Source of the DNA: Ostrea edulis
Taxonomy: Eukaryota
Length of the DNA: 64,000 nt
Reading direction: 5' to 3'
NCBI RefSeq assembly: GCF_947568905.1
Contig: NC_079170.1
Location: forward strand, 71,114,001 to 71,178,000
The notes under the pieces were generated by a model. That model was not told where the DNA came from, did no database searches, and saw nothing but the letters and a program-made list of their open reading frames with translations. This document shows, piece by piece, positions 11,337 to 64,000 of the stretch (positions are counted from its first letter, which is position 1; the number at the start of each line of letters is the position of its first letter). The translations under genes and the position numbers were made by a program.

Positions 11337-13455
11337 AGTCTTCAAAAAAAATATTCAAAACTTTGATAATGTGAAACACATTTTTGACTAGTCAAGCACA
11401 GCTTAATAAACAGATTTCTGCTGTTCCTTTACCTAAGGTACTTTGTCCTTTTGTGTGCTAATTATACCCCTCCCCCCTTCAATAAATTTATATTTTTTCC
11501 AAAAGAAGTTATTGTTTCTGTAAAAATCTAATTTAAGGAGATCTCTCTTTTCAAATAAAAGGAAAGAAAGTAATACATTAATCCAGGAGTTATCTCTCTT
11601 TAACAGAGCAGAACAATGTTTAAAACTAATAAATTCAGCATGGTCGTGATGATAAAGGAAGTTGCCATTTCTTCGATTCTTTGACAGGTAACTACTACAA
11701 ATATACATGGCACAAAATTACAATTGTATCAATGGAAGAAGGAAAACTGTCAAAAATGTACACTTGTAATATATTTTATGAGATAAGAAAAGAATGACGT
11801 ATGTTAAGGAGGGGTAACATACCCAAGGAAAAAAATGGATGGAAAGTGGAGGATATGTACAATCATATTTTGAAACTGAAAACCTTCAAATTTACCTCAC
11901 TTGGTGTAAAAAAAAAAAAAAAAAAAAGAGCAGTTTTAGTAACCTGAAGAGAAAAAAAATATCCCCTGCCAACTCAGACGCCATTTTTAAAAAAAAAATT
12001 GGCAGTCAAACATGTTAATTCAATGAGCTATCCAACCAGGCATTTAGATTATGATGAGGTGTTATTCCTCTTTATTTTCCAATATTCTCAAAGTGAAAAT
12101 ATCTCAATTTTTTTTTAAAAAAATGATCTGCATACACAATTTCTTTGGACTTGATAATAATTTCTAAATATGTCAAAGAAGCCTGAAAAACTAAACAATT
12201 CTATAAAAAAGCATGTTTTCCCCTGAGATTTAAAGGAATAAGGAAAATAAAATCAAAATTCGTTTTTTGTTTGTTTAGATTTTTTTTAAAGATGAAAATT
12301 TACTCCTGAGTGTATAGCTTACTAACTTACAATTTCAAAATATACTCAGTTCACAATTTCAAAAAACAAAACCTTCCAACAATCTTTCAGAATATCTGTT
12401 TACAAGAAGCGTGGACATTTATACATGATTTACTTCATACACCAGGAATGTATAATGACAGTTTATGAAATAACACAAGTTTCAAACTAACCAGTCACAT
12501 GACCTGAATCTCAAGTAGATACATGAAAACATCACAAACTGATTACTTATATATCTACAGGAGTGGATCCAACAATTTCTCAGGTTATATCATGTTTCAT
12601 ATATTGGCTATTTTTCTGTCTCAATCTCCTGAAGTCTTTCAACATCTGGATCCACCCCTTTAATTAATTAGATCCTTTACACCTTAAATGTTTTCTGGTT
12701 AACATGAGAACATATGACACACACATGCACACATACCAACAAACTGATTAGAGACGACCTTCTCTCTTTCACAACAATGTTGCCGTGTTTATTCTATTGC
12801 TGGGCAACAAAACAATAAAAAAAAAGATAATTTAAAAATAAAATATAATAATCAACCTTCAGTTTTAAAATTTAAAAAAAATTGAAACCTGTTAAAATAC
12901 CTGGACCTTGAAATTCCTTTAAATCATGTTCTATTCATGAGTCCGTTAAAAAAGTTTATGTAGTTAAAATGAGTAACAACTATTTGCAGCATATACATTC
13001 AAAATTTGGCACTAAACAACTTGTCAATCAGTAGGAACTTTACTATAGAATTCCCATCATTTCTGTTTAAATATATTTTGTACTTGTAGTATCATTGCAT
13101 CTACATGAGAATCATTTATAGTCTGGAGGTGGAGTAAAAATAATGGCCCATATCTAAAACCCCTAAAACACTGTAGTACTTTGATTTGACAATTTGTACA
13201 CAAACATCAACAATACCTTTTTCATCACAGAACAAAATGTCTTTTAATATCACAATATATACAGTGTACAGTGCTTTAAGTATGATACAATATCTCTACT
13301 GATGTACTAGGGGTGTTCAAGTTTAACCAATCGAACACACCTAAAAAAAAACAATGGAAAAATCTCTGAAGTCATCAAAACTTGTATAATAATTCACACA
13401 CTGGAGGGCGTTGACTGACCGACAACACTGGCGAGATACAGGAAATTCTGTTGTA

Positions 13456-63018
<49,563 letters not shown>

Positions 63019-63045
63019 TTTGCTTTCTATTAACATGTGATACAA

Positions 63046-63076
63046 ACTTCCGGCCAGGTTACATTTGCGCGCGAAA
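63046..63076 (-). promoter_or_regulatory. AHCYL proximal promoter or 5'UTR with ETS and E2F-type motifs
   Basis: ACTTCCGG at 63046-63053 and near-palindromic TTTGCGCGCGAAA at 63064-63076, 30-60 bp upstream of the ATG at 63018. Confidence 0.5.
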
Positions 63077-64000
63077 TACGAAAATAAATCTAATAGAGAT
63101 AAAACTTTTACATTTTTAATAATTCCAATGTTATTTATCACGATTGTTTTGATTGGACAAAAATAAAGCTGGACAAGAGTTTACACATCAATAAATCAGA
63201 AAACGCGATGTATTCAAATACACCTGAAAACAAATAACATCCATAGCCTAGTGCGGGGAAACTATTCAATTTTTTGCTAGAAGTGTTAGTAATTTAAAGT
63301 GAATGAGTTGCTTCGCACTTTTATTCAGTTTGTGAGTAAAATGTCCGGAATTTCCATCGATGAATTCTTCAAAAAAGAATGTTTAATCCTAAAACAATTG
63401 CGCAAAAAAAAAAAAAAAAAAAAAATTTAAAAAGACCATTTTTTAAAATTTTTATTAGTAAATCACGATGAAATTCAAAGGATTTATTGCGAAACACCAG
63501 TTGAGATGGTAAAGCTAATTCATTGTTAATTAACTAGCATATTGTTTAATTAAAGACAAAATAGACAATTAATTTAGTTGAAAAAGAAAATCATCTGGAA
63601 TATGATTGTTTTCGACAATTAAATTATACAATATTATACTATATTGTTACATAAAAGTTGCCTCATTTAATCTTCATACTCCTTCCCCTGTTGAAATTTT
63701 TCAACAAAAAAGATCATTTTATGCTATTCTGGAATTTGTCGTCCTCCTTTTTGGTACCCCATTTTGAAAATTCATAAACCATACTTCAGAAATTGTTCCA
63801 AATGTACCACAGTAAGTGTATCACTGTATGGTGTTAACAAACCTGACACCGCAATGTCTACAAGTGACTAGTTTGAGCACATCAATATTTCACATACTTT
63901 GAAGTTTCCTCTTGCGGTTCTTGGGGGGGGGGGGGGGATTTAAACGAATCTTCCAGTGTTTTGTACGTAACTTATTCAGGGGTCATACACACTGGTGTAC

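Noticed and set aside
5103-13455. miR-183/96/182 (miR-263) hairpins downstream of NRF1, expected from the recalled vertebrate gene order
   Set aside because: I saw no TGGCACTGG-type mature sequence in a hairpin by eye; a proper search was not possible.

Overview
This is AT-rich eukaryotic genomic DNA. Its repeat families suggest a bivalve, probably an oyster (inference). There is no rRNA, no intact tRNA and no CRISPR array. Two spliced genes face each other tail to tail. The last six coding exons of NRF1/erect-wing are on + (652-5102). A complete AHCYL/IRBIT-type adenosylhomocysteinase-like gene is on - (13456-63018); every exon phase reconstructs, one intron is GC-AG, and there are five candidate alternative first exons. 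Between the two genes lies a class A GPCR pseudogene missing TM2-TM5. The introns hold many minisatellites, several of which start at and copy an exon 3' end plus its splice donor. They also hold SINEs, MITEs, a deleted hAT element, a Penelope-like RT remnant and a tRNA-containing TRIM-like LTR. A candidate nested antisense gene with prepro-peptide architecture (51069-54445) carries a frameshift and an in-frame TGA. All coordinates and copy numbers were read by eye, and TE family names are recalled rather than searched.
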